The notes under the pieces were generated by a model. The model was given only the letters and a program-made list of their open reading frames with translations. It was not told the origin of the DNA and searched no databases. A stretch of DNA of 44,272 nt from Verrucomicrobiota bacterium. Lineage in GTDB: Bacteria > Verrucomicrobiota > Verrucomicrobiia > Limisphaerales > BJHT01. Below are positions 1-12,045 of the stretch, piece by piece. Made by a program: the position numbers and the translations under genes. The stretch is taken from contig JAYVOY010000555.1 of the NCBI GenBank assembly GCA_043757645.1, positions 1 through 44,272 of the forward strand. Reading direction: 5' to 3'. Every line of letters starts with the position of its first letter. Within the stretch, counting starts at the first letter, position 1.

Positions 1-456
1 GCGGCGATGTCGTTGAACCGGGTGATTGGCGCGGGGAATAAAATCCCGTGGCATTTGCCGGAGGATTTTCGGTGGTTCAAGGAGAGGACGACGGGGCAGG
101 TGATCGTGATGGGGCGGAAGACGTTTGAGTCGATTGGGCGGGCGTTGCCGAATCGCGAGACGGTGGTGTTGAGTCGCGCGGGGTTTGCGCATCCGGGGGT
201 GCGGACGGTGGGGAGTCTCGACGAGATCGATCCGGCGCGGGAGGCGCGGGAGGTTTTCATTTGTGGCGGGGCGCAGATTTACGAGCAGGCGCTGCCGTTG
301 TGCGCGGATTTGTTTTTGACGGTGGTGCAGCGGGAGGTGGCGGGGGACGCGTTTTTTCCGAAGTTCGAGGATCGCTTCGAGTTGGTGGGGGTGGTGCGGG
401 AGGCGGCGGAGTTCAGGGTTTTGCATTACCGGAATCGGGAGTTGACGGGGCGTTGA
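1..456 (+). CDS. folA: dihydrofolate reductase, 5'-partial (frame open from base 1)
   Basis: Translation ..AAMSLNRVIGAGNKIPWHLPEDFRWFKERTTGQVIVMGRKTFESIGRALPNR.. matches the DHFR core (IPW..., GRKTFESIG). The first beta-strand is missing, so the true start lies upstream of the window. Confidence 0.9.
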   Translation, partial: AAMSLNRVIGAGNKIPWHLPEDFRWFKERTTGQVIVMGRKTFESIGRALPNRETVVLSRAGFAHPGVRTVGSLDEIDPAREAREVFICGGAQIYEQALPLCADLFLTVVQREVAGDAFFPKFEDRFELVGVVREAAEFRVLHYRNRELTGR

Positions 457-629
457 ATTGAAAAAGAACCGCGGTCGGAATTGCCCACGAAACACACGAA
501 ACACCTGGAAACAAAGGATGGAGCTGGGGTTGGGTTTCGCGGAGGCGCTGGGGTTTTCGGGAGCACGCGGGGGGAAATTCAGCAGGAAGACGGGGCGGGA
601 GCGGCCTTGGCAAGATTGGGGAGGGGAGT

Positions 630-713
630 GTCGCGCGAAGGTCGCGAAGAAGGCGAAGGGGGCGGAAGGCTGGCTTTGGTTTTCCTTCGTTTCCTTCGTG
701 TTCTTCGCGCGAC
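630..713. repeat. long imperfect hairpin built from cgcgaag/cgaagg-type short tandem units
   Basis: The outer 11 nt gtcgcgcgaag (630-640) are perfectly complementary to cttcgcgcgac (703-713). The inner arms pair at about 13 of 19 positions. A T-rich tract follows (714-735). Confidence 0.6.
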
Positions 714-827
714 ACTTTTTCCGATTTTCGTTTCGGAGTTGGGCAAGGGAATTTGGGGCAGGGGAATTTTTGCGCGGGGGATTCGCGCTTTGATTTGATG
801 GGGGCGACGGCTACAAACGCGGGCGCA

Positions 828-2405
828 ATGTCGCAGATGCTCAAATCGTCCGGCGCGATCGGGATCGCCACGCTGACCAGCCGGGTGCTGGGCATGGTGC
901 GCGAGATCGTGTATGCGAATTTCATGGGGGACGGGGCGGTGGCGAGCGCGTTCAAGTTCGCGTTTTCGATTCCGAATTTGTTCCGTCGCTTGCTGGGCGA
1001 GGGGGCGTTGACGGCGGCGTTTATCCCGATTTTCAAGGAGCAGGAGCGCACGGCGGGCGAGGCGGAGATGTGGCGCGCGGGCAATGCGGTGATCTCGGGT
1101 TTGGTCGCGGCGGGCGCGGTGGTGGTGGCGGTGGTGCTGCTGGGGATTTCGCTGGCGCTGGCGACGTTGCCGCTCGGGGAGGAGACGCGGCTGATGCTGC
1201 GGTTGTTGCGGGTGATGTTTCCCTACATGCCGCTGATTTGTCTGACGGCGATTTTCATGGGGATGCTGAATTCGCGCGGGCAGTTTTTTGTGCCGGCGCT
1301 GGGGGCGGCGTTGATGAATGTGGTGATGATTGGCGCGGTGTTTTGGGTGACGCCGCTGCTGGGGGAGCCGTTGAATGTGCGGATTTTCGGGCTGGCAATT
1401 GGGGCGTTGTTGGCGGGGGCGGCGCAGGCGGCGTATCAGTTGCCGAATCTGCGGCGCGAGGGTTTTCGGTATCGGTGGGTGTCGCCGTGGCGTGATGCGA
1501 CGGTGCGCGAGGTGGTGCGAAAAATGGTGCCGGGAATGTTGGGCGTGGCGGCGTTTCAGTTGAACGTGCTGCTGACGAACGTGGTGGCGTTCAATGTGGG
1601 CGGGAGCATTTTGGCGTCGTTCGATTACGCGGTGCGGTTGATGGAGTTGCCGCAGGGGGTTTTCGGGCTTTCGCTGGCGACGTATTTGTTGCCGACGTTG
1701 TCGGGAATGGCGGCGGAGAAAAAGTGGGGGGAGTTTCGCGGGACGCTGCGGCAGGGGCTGGGGTATCTGCTGTTCGTGAACGCGCTGGCGTCGGTGTTGC
1801 TCGTGGTGCTGGCGGTGCCGGTGGTGCGGCTGTTGTTCGAGCGCGGGCAGTTCGGGCCGGACTCGACGCGGAACACGGCGCTGGCGCTGGTGTTTCTCGC
1901 GCCGGGGTTGTTGGCGTTCTCGATGGTGAACATTTTGGGGCGCGCGTTTTACGCGCTGGGCGACACGCACACGCCGATGCGGATCAGCATTTTTTGTTTG
2001 GTGTCGAATTTGATTCTCGCGTTTGCGCTGGTTCACGGGATGCGCCAGGCGGGGCTGGGATTGGCGAACACGATCAGTTCGTGCGTGAACGTGGGGCTGC
2101 TGATTTACGCGCTGCGGCGGAAGTTGGGGCGGCTGGATTTCGCGCCGTTGCGGCGGCAGTTGGCGGTGGTGTTGCTCGCGGGCGCGGCGGCGGGCGCGGT
2201 GGCGTGGTGGGGCGGCGGTGTGTGGGAGCGCAACGTGGGGCACGCGTCGCTGGTGGCGAAGGTCGGCGCGGTGTTCGCGCCGGCGGGTGTGGCGGCGATG
2301 GTTTACTGGCTGGTGGCGGTCGCGCTGAAATTGCCGACGGCGTGGGAGGTGACGGGGTTGGCGATGGGGAGGCTGCGCGGACGGAAGGCGGCGAAGATTG
2401 GGTGA
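828..2405 (+). CDS. murJ: lipid II flippase MurJ (MviN family)
   Basis: MSQMLKSSGAIGIATLTSRVLGMVREIVYANFMGDGAVASAFKFAFSIPNLFRRLLGEGALTAAFIPIF aligns with the canonical MurJ N-terminus. The protein is polytopic and hydrophobic, about 525 aa. In-frame alternative starts exist at 798 and 753. Confidence 0.9.
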   Translation: MSQMLKSSGAIGIATLTSRVLGMVREIVYANFMGDGAVASAFKFAFSIPNLFRRLLGEGALTAAFIPIFKEQERTAGEAEMWRAGNAVISGLVAAGAVVVAVVLLGISLALATLPLGEETRLMLRLLRVMFPYMPLICLTAIFMGMLNSRGQFFVPALGAALMNVVMIGAVFWVTPLLGEPLNVRIFGLAIGALLAGAAQAAYQLPNLRREGFRYRWVSPWRDATVREVVRKMVPGMLGVAAFQLNVLLTNVVAFNVGGSILASFDYAVRLMELPQGVFGLSLATYLLPTLSGMAAEKKWGEFRGTLRQGLGYLLFVNALASVLLVVLAVPVVRLLFERGQFGPDSTRNTALALVFLAPGLLAFSMVNILGRAFYALGDTHTPMRISIFCLVSNLILAFALVHGMRQAGLGLANTISSCVNVGLLIYALRRKLGRLDFAPLRRQLAVVLLAGAAAGAVAWWGGGVWERNVGHASLVAKVGAVFAPAGVAAMVYWLVAVALKLPTAWEVTGLAMGRLRGRKAAKIG

Positions 2406-2455
2406 TGGCGAGACGGCGAGACGGCGGGACGGCGAGCGGGGGAGGGCGTGGCGGG

Positions 2456-2941
2456 TTATTCGCGGAAGTTGATGAAGCTGACGGAGACGGGCCAGTCCTT
2501 GGCTTTGACGGCGGCGATGATGGTTTGCAGGTCGTCGCGGCTCTTGCTGGTGACGCGGACTTCTTCGCCCATGATTTGTGTGGTGGCTTTGAATTTACCG
2601 TCGCGGATGAAGGTGGTGATTTGCTTGGCGACGGCGGTTTCGATGCCTTGCTTGATCTTGATGACCTGACGGGCGTGGCCCAAAGGCGAGAGGTCGGGTT
2701 TGCCTTGATCGACGTTTTTGAGGCTCACGTTGCGCTTGGCGAGCTTGTTCACGACGATTTCCACGAGGGCGGCCATTTTCATGGCGTCGGGAGCGGCGAG
2801 CTTGATGTCGTTTTTCTCGAGGAGGATTTCGGTTTTGCTGTTTTTAAAATCGAAGCGGGTGGCGAGTTCTTTTTTCGCCTGGCTCACGGCGTTTTCCAGT
2901 TCCATCGAACTGACCTGCGAAACGATGTCGAATGAAGGCAT
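2456..2941 (-). CDS. yajQ: YajQ-family nucleotide-binding protein (UPF0234)
   Basis: MPSFDIVSQVSSMELENAVSQAKKELATRFDFKNSKTEI... is 161 aa with a typical YajQ N-terminus and length. The ATG at 2941 was confirmed on the reverse strand. The longer tracked ORF runs into the tRNA-Thr gene and is spurious. Confidence 0.85.
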   Translation of the reverse strand: MPSFDIVSQVSSMELENAVSQAKKELATRFDFKNSKTEILLEKNDIKLAAPDAMKMAALVEIVVNKLAKRNVSLKNVDQGKPDLSPLGHARQVIKIKQGIETAVAKQITTFIRDGKFKATTQIMGEEVRVTSKSRDDLQTIIAAVKAKDWPVSVSFINFRE

Positions 2942-3093
2942 GGCGAGGACGCTAGCGGGAAACCTGCGGGAATCAAAGGCGAAACGCGCGCTGGCGAGGC
3001 GAATACCGGGCGGTGCGAGGACGCGCGAACGCGCTGAAACCGCCCGACGCCCGCGCCAAAAATCTGCGCCTCCCAAAATTTTCAAAAACATTG

Positions 3094-3121
3094 TTGACTT
3101 CGAGTCTTGGAAACCTAAAGT
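3094..3121 (+). promoter_or_regulatory. sigma70-like promoter candidate (TTGACT-16 nt-TAAAGT) with an A/T-rich UP-like tract, upstream of tRNA-Thr/tuf
   Basis: -35 TTGACT lies at 3094-3099 and -10 TAAAGT at 3116-3121. It sits in an AT-rich island within GC-rich DNA. The upstream tract cccaaaattttcaaaaacattg is nearly repeated at the rpsL promoter candidate. Confidence 0.4.
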
Positions 3122-3250
3122 CGCCCGGAGTAATCGGGCTAGTGATTCGCAAAAACTAAAATCAGCCATTTGCCTGTCGCTTTTGAAATGAAGTGCAGGC
3201 GGTGGTTTTTTTGTCGTTAATGCGGAATCCGGGTTTAGACCCTGGCGCGG

Positions 3251-3326
3251 GCCCATGTAGCTCAGTTGGCAGAGCACGTCCTTGGTAAGGACGAGGTCAT
3301 CGGTTCAACCCCGATCATGGGCTCCA
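3251..3326 (+). tRNA. tRNA-Thr (anticodon GGT), CCA encoded
   Basis: Cloverleaf: acceptor gcccatg/catgggc, anticodon stem cgtcc/ggacg with loop ttGGTaa, T arm atcgg-ttcaacc-ccgat. This is the classic position just upstream of tuf. Confidence 0.92.
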
Positions 3327-3376
3327 TGCGGCTGGCATTTGTGAAATAACGTCGAAAAACAAACTCAGTAAACGTC

Positions 3377-4570
3377 ATGGCAAAAGAAGCCTTTCAGAGA
3401 ACAAAACCGCACGTCAACGTCGGCACTATCGGTCACGTTGACCACGGTAAATCCACCTTGACCGCGGCCATCGTCGCGGTGCAATCGCGCAAGGGTTTGG
3501 CGAAATCCATTTCCTACGCCGACATCACCAAGGGTGGCACGGTGCGTGACGACAGCAAAACGGTCACCATCGCGGCGTCGCACGTGGAATACGAGAGCAA
3601 TGCCCGCCACTATGCGCACGTTGACTGCCCGGGCCACGCTGACTATGTGAAGAACATGATCACCGGTGCCGCGCAGATGGACGGCGCGATTCTGGTGGTG
3701 AGCGCGGCGGACGGCCCGATGCCTCAGACGCGTGAGCACATTCTGCTCGCCCGCCAGGTCGGCGTTCCGGCGATCGTTGTGTTCCTCAACAAGGTTGACC
3801 TCGTGGATGATTCCGAGTTGCTCGACTTGGTTGACATGGAAATTCGGGATCTTCTCAACAAATATAGTTTCCCCGGTGACAAGACGCCGATCATTCGCGG
3901 CAGCGCGACGGCGGCGATGGCGGGAACGCCCGAAGGTGAGAAGTCGATCGCGGACTTGCTCCAAGCGGTGGATGAATTCATCCCGCTGCCGCCGCGCGAG
4001 ATCGACAAGCCATTCCTGATGTGCATTGAAGACGTGTTCAACATTGAAGGCCGTGGGACCGTCGTCACCGGTCGCGTCGAGCGCGGGGTTCTCAAGAAGA
4101 TGGAAGAAGTCGAGATCGTTGGTCTGAAGGACACTCGGAAGACCACCGCGACGGACATCGAAATGTTCCGCAAGTTGCTCGACCAGGCGAACGCCGGTGA
4201 TAACTGCGGCGTTCTGCTCCGCGGCACGAAGAAGGAAGAAGTTGAGCGCGGCATGGTTTTGGCCAAGCCCGGTTCGATGAAGCCTTACTCCAAGTTCAAG
4301 GCCGAAGTCTATGTCCTCACCAAAGATGAGGGTGGCCGCCATACTCCATTCTTCAACAAGTATCGCCCGCAGTTCTACTTCCGCACCTCGGATGTGACGG
4401 GCAATGTCACTCTTCCCACTGGCGTCGAGATGGTCATGCCCGGCGACAACGTTTCCGTGGACATCGAGCTGATTGCTCCGGTCGCCATGGAAAAAGGGCA
4501 GCGGTTCGCGATTCGTGAAGGTGGCCGCACGATTGGTGCGGGACGCGTCAGCGACATCATTGCCTCCTAA
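3377..4570 (+). CDS. tuf: elongation factor Tu
   Basis: [32 protein letters not shown].., [12 protein letters not shown] motifs; 397 aa. Confidence 0.98.
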   Translation: MAKEAFQRTKPHVNVGTIGHVDHGKSTLTAAIVAVQSRKGLAKSISYADITKGGTVRDDSKTVTIAASHVEYESNARHYAHVDCPGHADYVKNMITGAAQMDGAILVVSAADGPMPQTREHILLARQVGVPAIVVFLNKVDLVDDSELLDLVDMEIRDLLNKYSFPGDKTPIIRGSATAAMAGTPEGEKSIADLLQAVDEFIPLPPREIDKPFLMCIEDVFNIEGRGTVVTGRVERGVLKKMEEVEIVGLKDTRKTTATDIEMFRKLLDQANAGDNCGVLLRGTKKEEVERGMVLAKPGSMKPYSKFKAEVYVLTKDEGGRHTPFFNKYRPQFYFRTSDVTGNVTLPTGVEMVMPGDNVSVDIELIAPVAMEKGQRFAIREGGRTIGAGRVSDIIAS

Positions 4571-4597
4571 CCCAAAGCGAACGCTTACACTCTTGGA

Positions 4598-4629
4598 GAG
4601 CGGGAGGCAGGCTCCCGCCTCCGCTTTTT
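4598..4629 (+). terminator. intrinsic terminator-like hairpin after tuf
   Basis: gcgggag(gcagg)ctcccgc, with an alternative pairing gcgggaggc/gcctccgc, is followed by ttttt (4625-4629). Confidence 0.55.
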
Positions 4630-4661
4630 CGTCTCAAGATTGCGGCTTGGTAAACAACTAT

Positions 4662-4737
4662 AGGGCAGTAGCTCAATTGGTAGAGTAGCGGTCTCCAAAA
4701 CCGTCGGTTGGGGGTTCGAGTCCCTCCTGCCCTGCCA
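4662..4737 (+). tRNA. tRNA-Trp (anticodon CCA), CCA encoded
   Basis: Acceptor agggcag/ctgccct, anticodon stem gcggt/accgt with loop ctCCAaa, T arm ggggg-ttcgagt-ccctc. Confidence 0.92.
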
Positions 4738-4745
4738 GCCACGAC

Positions 4746-4835
4746 GGAGGGGTGGCAGAGTGGTCTATCGCGACGGTCTTGAAAACCGTTATGGTTTAAA
4801 ATCCATCGGGGGTTCGAATCCCTCCCCCTCCGCCA
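4746..4835 (+). tRNA. tRNA-Ser (anticodon TGA), class II with long variable arm, CCA encoded
   Basis: Acceptor ggagggg/cccctcc, discriminator G, anticodon stem acggt/accgt with loop ctTGAaa, variable arm atgg-tttaaaat-ccat, T arm ggggg-ttcgaat-ccctc. The layout closely parallels E. coli serT. Confidence 0.88.
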
Positions 4836-4843
4836 GCTTTAAA

Positions 4844-5098
4844 ATGGAATACGGAATATATATTTTCTGGGCCGTGGTCGCCGGGGTGTTCGCATTCCTC
4901 TGGCGCAAAGGGCATTTGGCGCGCCTCGCCAATTATGTCTCGGAAACCCGCGAAGAATTGAAGAAATGCACGTGGCCTACCTGGGATGAACTCAAGGGTT
5001 CGACCGTGGTCGTGATGGTTTCCATTTTTTTGATTGGCGGATTCACGGTGATCGTGGATTGGGCTGTGACACATATCGTCTTGTGGATCACCTCCTAA
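4844..5098 (+). CDS. secE: preprotein translocase subunit SecE
   Basis: ..ANYVSETREELKKCTWPTWDELKGSTVVVMVSIFLIGGFTVIVDWAV.. is the SecE signature region, in the conserved position before nusG. The ATG at 4844 is the first start outside the tRNA. A shorter single-TM form from TTG (LARLANYV, about 4922) cannot be excluded. Confidence 0.85.
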   Translation: MEYGIYIFWAVVAGVFAFLWRKGHLARLANYVSETREELKKCTWPTWDELKGSTVVVMVSIFLIGGFTVIVDWAVTHIVLWITS

Positions 5099-5118
5099 TT
5101 CAAACCAACTAGACTACA

Positions 5119-5667
5119 ATGAAGAGCCAATGGTTTGTCATTCACACGCTCGCCGGTCAGGAGCAAAAGGTGCGCGATAGCATCGAGAAGCGCATCAAGA
5201 CCGAGGAGATGGGTGAATACATCAAGGAAGTGCTCCTGCCGATGGAAAAAGTGGTCGAGGTTCGCAGCGGAAAAAAGACCGTCACCACCCGCAAGCTTTA
5301 TCCGGGCTATGTCTTTGTGGACATGGTTCTCTATGATGACAACCACCGCTTGGTCGAAGCGCCTTGGTACTTCATCCGCGACACTCAGGGTATCATCGGC
5401 TTTGTGGGTGGCGAGCGTCCTTCCCCCACTTCGGCAGAAGAGATGGCGGTAATTAAGGACCAGATATCCGACGCCGAGGATCGTGAAAAACCCAAGGTCA
5501 GCTTTGACGTGGGTGAGACCGTCAAGATCAACGACGGTCCGTTCCTTAATTTCAGCGGCGTGATCGAGGAAATCGATCCGGACCGCGGCAAGTTGAAGGT
5601 CACGGTGAACATTTTTGGGCGAAACACGCCGGTCGAGTTGGAATACTGGCAGGTCGAAAAAAGCTAA
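5119..5667 (+). CDS. nusG: transcription termination/antitermination factor NusG
   Basis: MKSQWFVIHTLAGQEQKVRDSIEKRI.. (NGN domain) and C-terminal KOW (FDVGETVKINDGPFLNFSGVIEEID). Confidence 0.95.
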   Translation: MKSQWFVIHTLAGQEQKVRDSIEKRIKTEEMGEYIKEVLLPMEKVVEVRSGKKTVTTRKLYPGYVFVDMVLYDDNHRLVEAPWYFIRDTQGIIGFVGGERPSPTSAEEMAVIKDQISDAEDREKPKVSFDVGETVKINDGPFLNFSGVIEEIDPDRGKLKVTVNIFGRNTPVELEYWQVEKS

Positions 5668-5673
5668 ATTTTT

Positions 5674-6099
5674 ATGGCAAAGAAGGTTACTGGACAGATC
5701 AAATTGCAGATTCCCGCCGGCCAGGCCAACCCCGCGCCGCCGGTCGGTCCCGCGCTCGGTCAGCACGGCGTCAACATCATGGCGTTCTGCAAAGAATTTA
5801 ACGCCGCGACCAAAGAACAGGTTGGTTTGGTGATCCCGGTGATCATCACCGTTTATCAGGACAAGTCTTTTACCTTCATCACCAAGTCGCCGCCCGCGTC
5901 CATCTTGTTGAAGAAGGCCGCCGGCATTGCTTCGGGTTCCAAAACTCCGAACAAGGACAAGGTCGGCAAAGTGACCCGCAAGCAGGTGCTGGAAATCATC
6001 AAGCTCAAGGCCAAAGACATGAACGTCAGCAATGACGAAGCAGCATTCCGCGTGATCTCGGGAACGGCCCGCAGCATGGGAATCGAAGTTCAGGATTAA
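5674..6099 (+). CDS. rplK: 50S ribosomal protein L11
   Basis: [43 protein letters not shown].. canonical L11. Confidence 0.97.
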   Translation: MAKKVTGQIKLQIPAGQANPAPPVGPALGQHGVNIMAFCKEFNAATKEQVGLVIPVIITVYQDKSFTFITKSPPASILLKKAAGIASGSKTPNKDKVGKVTRKQVLEIIKLKAKDMNVSNDEAAFRVISGTARSMGIEVQD

Positions 6100-6148
6100 A
6101 CAGTCAATCGCGGGAGAGCTTAAACCGCTCGCATGAACCGCACTCCAT

Positions 6149-6847
6149 ATGCCCAGCAAACGTTACAAAAAAGCGCTCACAGTAGTCGAAGTCGGCAAGG
6201 TGTACAACCTCAAGGCTGGTGTCGAAATCCTCACCAAGTTCCCCAAGGCCAAGTTCGACGAATCCATTGATCTTGCCTTCCGCCTCGGTGTTGATCCCAA
6301 GCAATCCGACCAGATGGTTCGTGGAACCGTTCCGCTGCCGCACGGCAGTGGCAAACAGGTCCGCGTTCTGGTTTTCGCGAAGCCCGGTCCGAGCGCTGAC
6401 GCCGCCCGCAACGCTGGCGCGGAGCACGTTGGCTTCGATGACCTGATCAAGAAGTGCAATGAAGGTTGGAATGATTTCGATGTCGCAGTGGCTACTCCGG
6501 AAGCGATGATCGAAGTCCGGAAACTCGGCAAGGTTCTCGGACCGAGGGGCCTTATGCCCAACCCCAAGACCGGCACCGTCACCGAAGACACCGCCAAGGC
6601 CGTTCGTGAAGTCAAGGCCGGCCGCGTGGAATACAAGGTGGACAAGGCCGGCAACGTGCATGTCGCCGTCGGCAAACTCTCGTTCAAGCCCGCGCAGATC
6701 GAGGAAAACGTCCGCACCGTCATTGATTCGGTTGGCAAGGCCCGTCCTGCCAGCGTCAAGGGCGTCTTTATTCTTAGTTGCACTCTCTCCGCCACCATGA
6801 GTCCGCCGGTGCGGATCGATGTGCGCGACATCAACGCAGCAGCCTAA
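6149..6847 (+). CDS. rplA: 50S ribosomal protein L1
   Basis: MPSKRYKKAL..FDESIDLAFRLGVDPKQSDQMVRGTVPLPHGSGK.. canonical L1. Confidence 0.97.
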   Translation: MPSKRYKKALTVVEVGKVYNLKAGVEILTKFPKAKFDESIDLAFRLGVDPKQSDQMVRGTVPLPHGSGKQVRVLVFAKPGPSADAARNAGAEHVGFDDLIKKCNEGWNDFDVAVATPEAMIEVRKLGKVLGPRGLMPNPKTGTVTEDTAKAVREVKAGRVEYKVDKAGNVHVAVGKLSFKPAQIEENVRTVIDSVGKARPASVKGVFILSCTLSATMSPPVRIDVRDINAAA

Positions 6848-6871
6848 CCAAACCCGAAGGGAATATTTTTC

Positions 6872-7384
6872 ATGCGTCCTGAAAAGAAATTTGTCGCGAA
6901 TGAGTATGTGGCCCGCCTGAATGCGTCGCCCTACTTCATCGCCGTTGATTACACTGGTTTGACGGTCCTCCAGTTCACGGAACTGCGGAAACGCCTGACC
7001 AAGGTGGGTGCGGAGATCCATGTTGTTAAGAACTCGATCTTCCGGGTGGCAGTCAAAGAGGCCGGGATCGGTGACTTGGTGGGCGGTCTCGCCGGTCAGG
7101 TCGCGGTCGTCAGCGGCCCGAAGGATGTGTCGCTGGCCGCCAAGGTCATGAAGACCTATCAGAAGGAATTCGAGCGCCCCAAAATTAAGTTTGGTTACCT
7201 CAATAACTCCCGACTCGAGGCGGCTGACATCGTCGCGCTGGCGGAATTGCCGCCGATCGAAGCCCTGCGCTCGAAGCTACTCGGTCTTTTGACCACGCCG
7301 GCGACCTCACTCGTCCGCTTGCTCAATACTCCAGGAACCCAGCTCGCCCGCGTCCTGCAGGCGCGCGTGGAAAAGGGGGCTTGA
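6872..7384 (+). CDS. rplJ: 50S ribosomal protein L10
   Basis: Sits between rplA and rplL, 170 aa, L10-like sequence (..YTGLTVLQFTELRKRL..GAEIHVVKN..). Confidence 0.92.
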   Translation: MRPEKKFVANEYVARLNASPYFIAVDYTGLTVLQFTELRKRLTKVGAEIHVVKNSIFRVAVKEAGIGDLVGGLAGQVAVVSGPKDVSLAAKVMKTYQKEFERPKIKFGYLNNSRLEAADIVALAELPPIEALRSKLLGLLTTPATSLVRLLNTPGTQLARVLQARVEKGA

Positions 7385-7432
7385 CGCCTCTGCTATAGTC
7401 AATTTTCTCGGCTGTCGGCTGGCCGCGAAGCG

Positions 7433-7459
7433 AACAACAACAATAACAACAACCAAAAG
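7433..7459 (+). repeat. CAA/CA-rich low-complexity tract in the rplJ-rplL spacer
   Basis: aacaacaacaataacaacaaccaaaag is read directly. A small hairpin cccacg(ggc)cgtggg + ttt follows at 7471-7488. Confidence 0.7.
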
Positions 7460-7530
7460 TAAATCGTCGGCCCACGGGCCGTGGGTTTAATCCGTCTGTG
7501 GCCGCAAACGCGACGACACTGAAAGATAAC

Positions 7531-7920
7531 ATGGCTGATCTAGTACAACTCGTAGAACAACTTAGCAAACTCACCGTCCTCGAAACTGCCGACTTGGTGA
7601 AGCAACTCGAGGCGAAGTGGGGTGTCACTGCCGCGGCCCCTGTGGCGGCCGCTGCTGCCGCTCCCGCTGGTGGCGCCGCCGCGGCCCCCGCTGCCGAAGC
7701 CCAAACCACCTTCGACGTGATTCTCGTCAGCGCCCCCGCGGACAAGAAGATCGCCGTCATCAAGGCGGTTCGCGAAGTCAAGCCCGGTCTCGGCTTGGCG
7801 GACGCCAAGAAGCTGGTCGAAGAAGCTCCCAAGTCCATTCTCGAAGGCGCGCCGAAGGCCGATGCCGACGCCGCCAAGAAGAAGCTGGAAGAAGCCGGAG
7901 CCAAAGTCGATATCAAGTAG
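7531..7920 (+). CDS. rplL: 50S ribosomal protein L7/L12
   Basis: [32 protein letters not shown], an Ala-rich hinge, and C-terminal ..EAGAKVDIK. The ATG at 7531 gives the canonical N-terminus. The tracked GTG at 7498 would add 11 atypical residues. Confidence 0.95.
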   Translation: MADLVQLVEQLSKLTVLETADLVKQLEAKWGVTAAAPVAAAAAAPAGGAAAAPAAEAQTTFDVILVSAPADKKIAVIKAVREVKPGLGLADAKKLVEEAPKSILEGAPKADADAAKKKLEEAGAKVDIK

Positions 7921-7933
7921 TTTAGTTGTAATC

Positions 7934-7963
7934 GGGGCGGCGGCGCATGGCCGCCGCCCCTTT
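7934..7963 (+). terminator. attenuator/terminator hairpin between rplL and rpoB
   Basis: Perfect 11-bp GC stem ggggcggcggc(gcatg)gccgccgcccc, followed by tttactttcctttt. A second hairpin gttccc(taggaccac)gggaac + T-rich tract lies at 8041-8080. Confidence 0.6.
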
Positions 7964-8135
7964 ACTTTCCTTTTAGACTCGTTGATCGCAATCGTTCTCA
8001 GGCTTCCGAAGCCGCATAATTTTTTTGTAAAGACGGGCGGGTTCCCTAGGACCACGGGAACTCGTTTTGTCGTCGTTTTAGATTCCAAATCGGCTGGTGT
8101 TAGTTAACGCCGGCCCAGGCTGAAAGGTAAACCCA

Positions 8136-12008
<3,873 letters not shown>

Positions 12009-12045
12009 CTTGGCGACGGAACGAACCTTTTAACCCCACGGCAAT

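Noticed and set aside
579-2243. 554-aa minus-strand ORF (R/Q/H/P-rich) antisense to murJ, and the 403-aa plus-strand ORF at 1724-2935
   Set aside because: The translations are low-complexity with no recognisable domains. They fully overlap the well-supported murJ and yajQ genes. Long open antisense or off-frame ORFs are expected in GC-rich, GC-skewed DNA.
2942-3277. N-terminal extension of the yajQ ORF (to 3277) and of the secE ORF (from 4760)
   Set aside because: Both extensions run through tRNA genes (tRNA-Thr and tRNA-Ser). The canonical protein N-termini begin at the internal ATGs 2941 and 4844.
6100-6148. L1-binding regulatory structure in the rplK-rplA spacer (contains gggag and a short gagc/gctc stem)
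   Set aside because: Only a 4-bp stem could be drawn, and I cannot verify the L1 recognition motif by eye. The evidence is insufficient.
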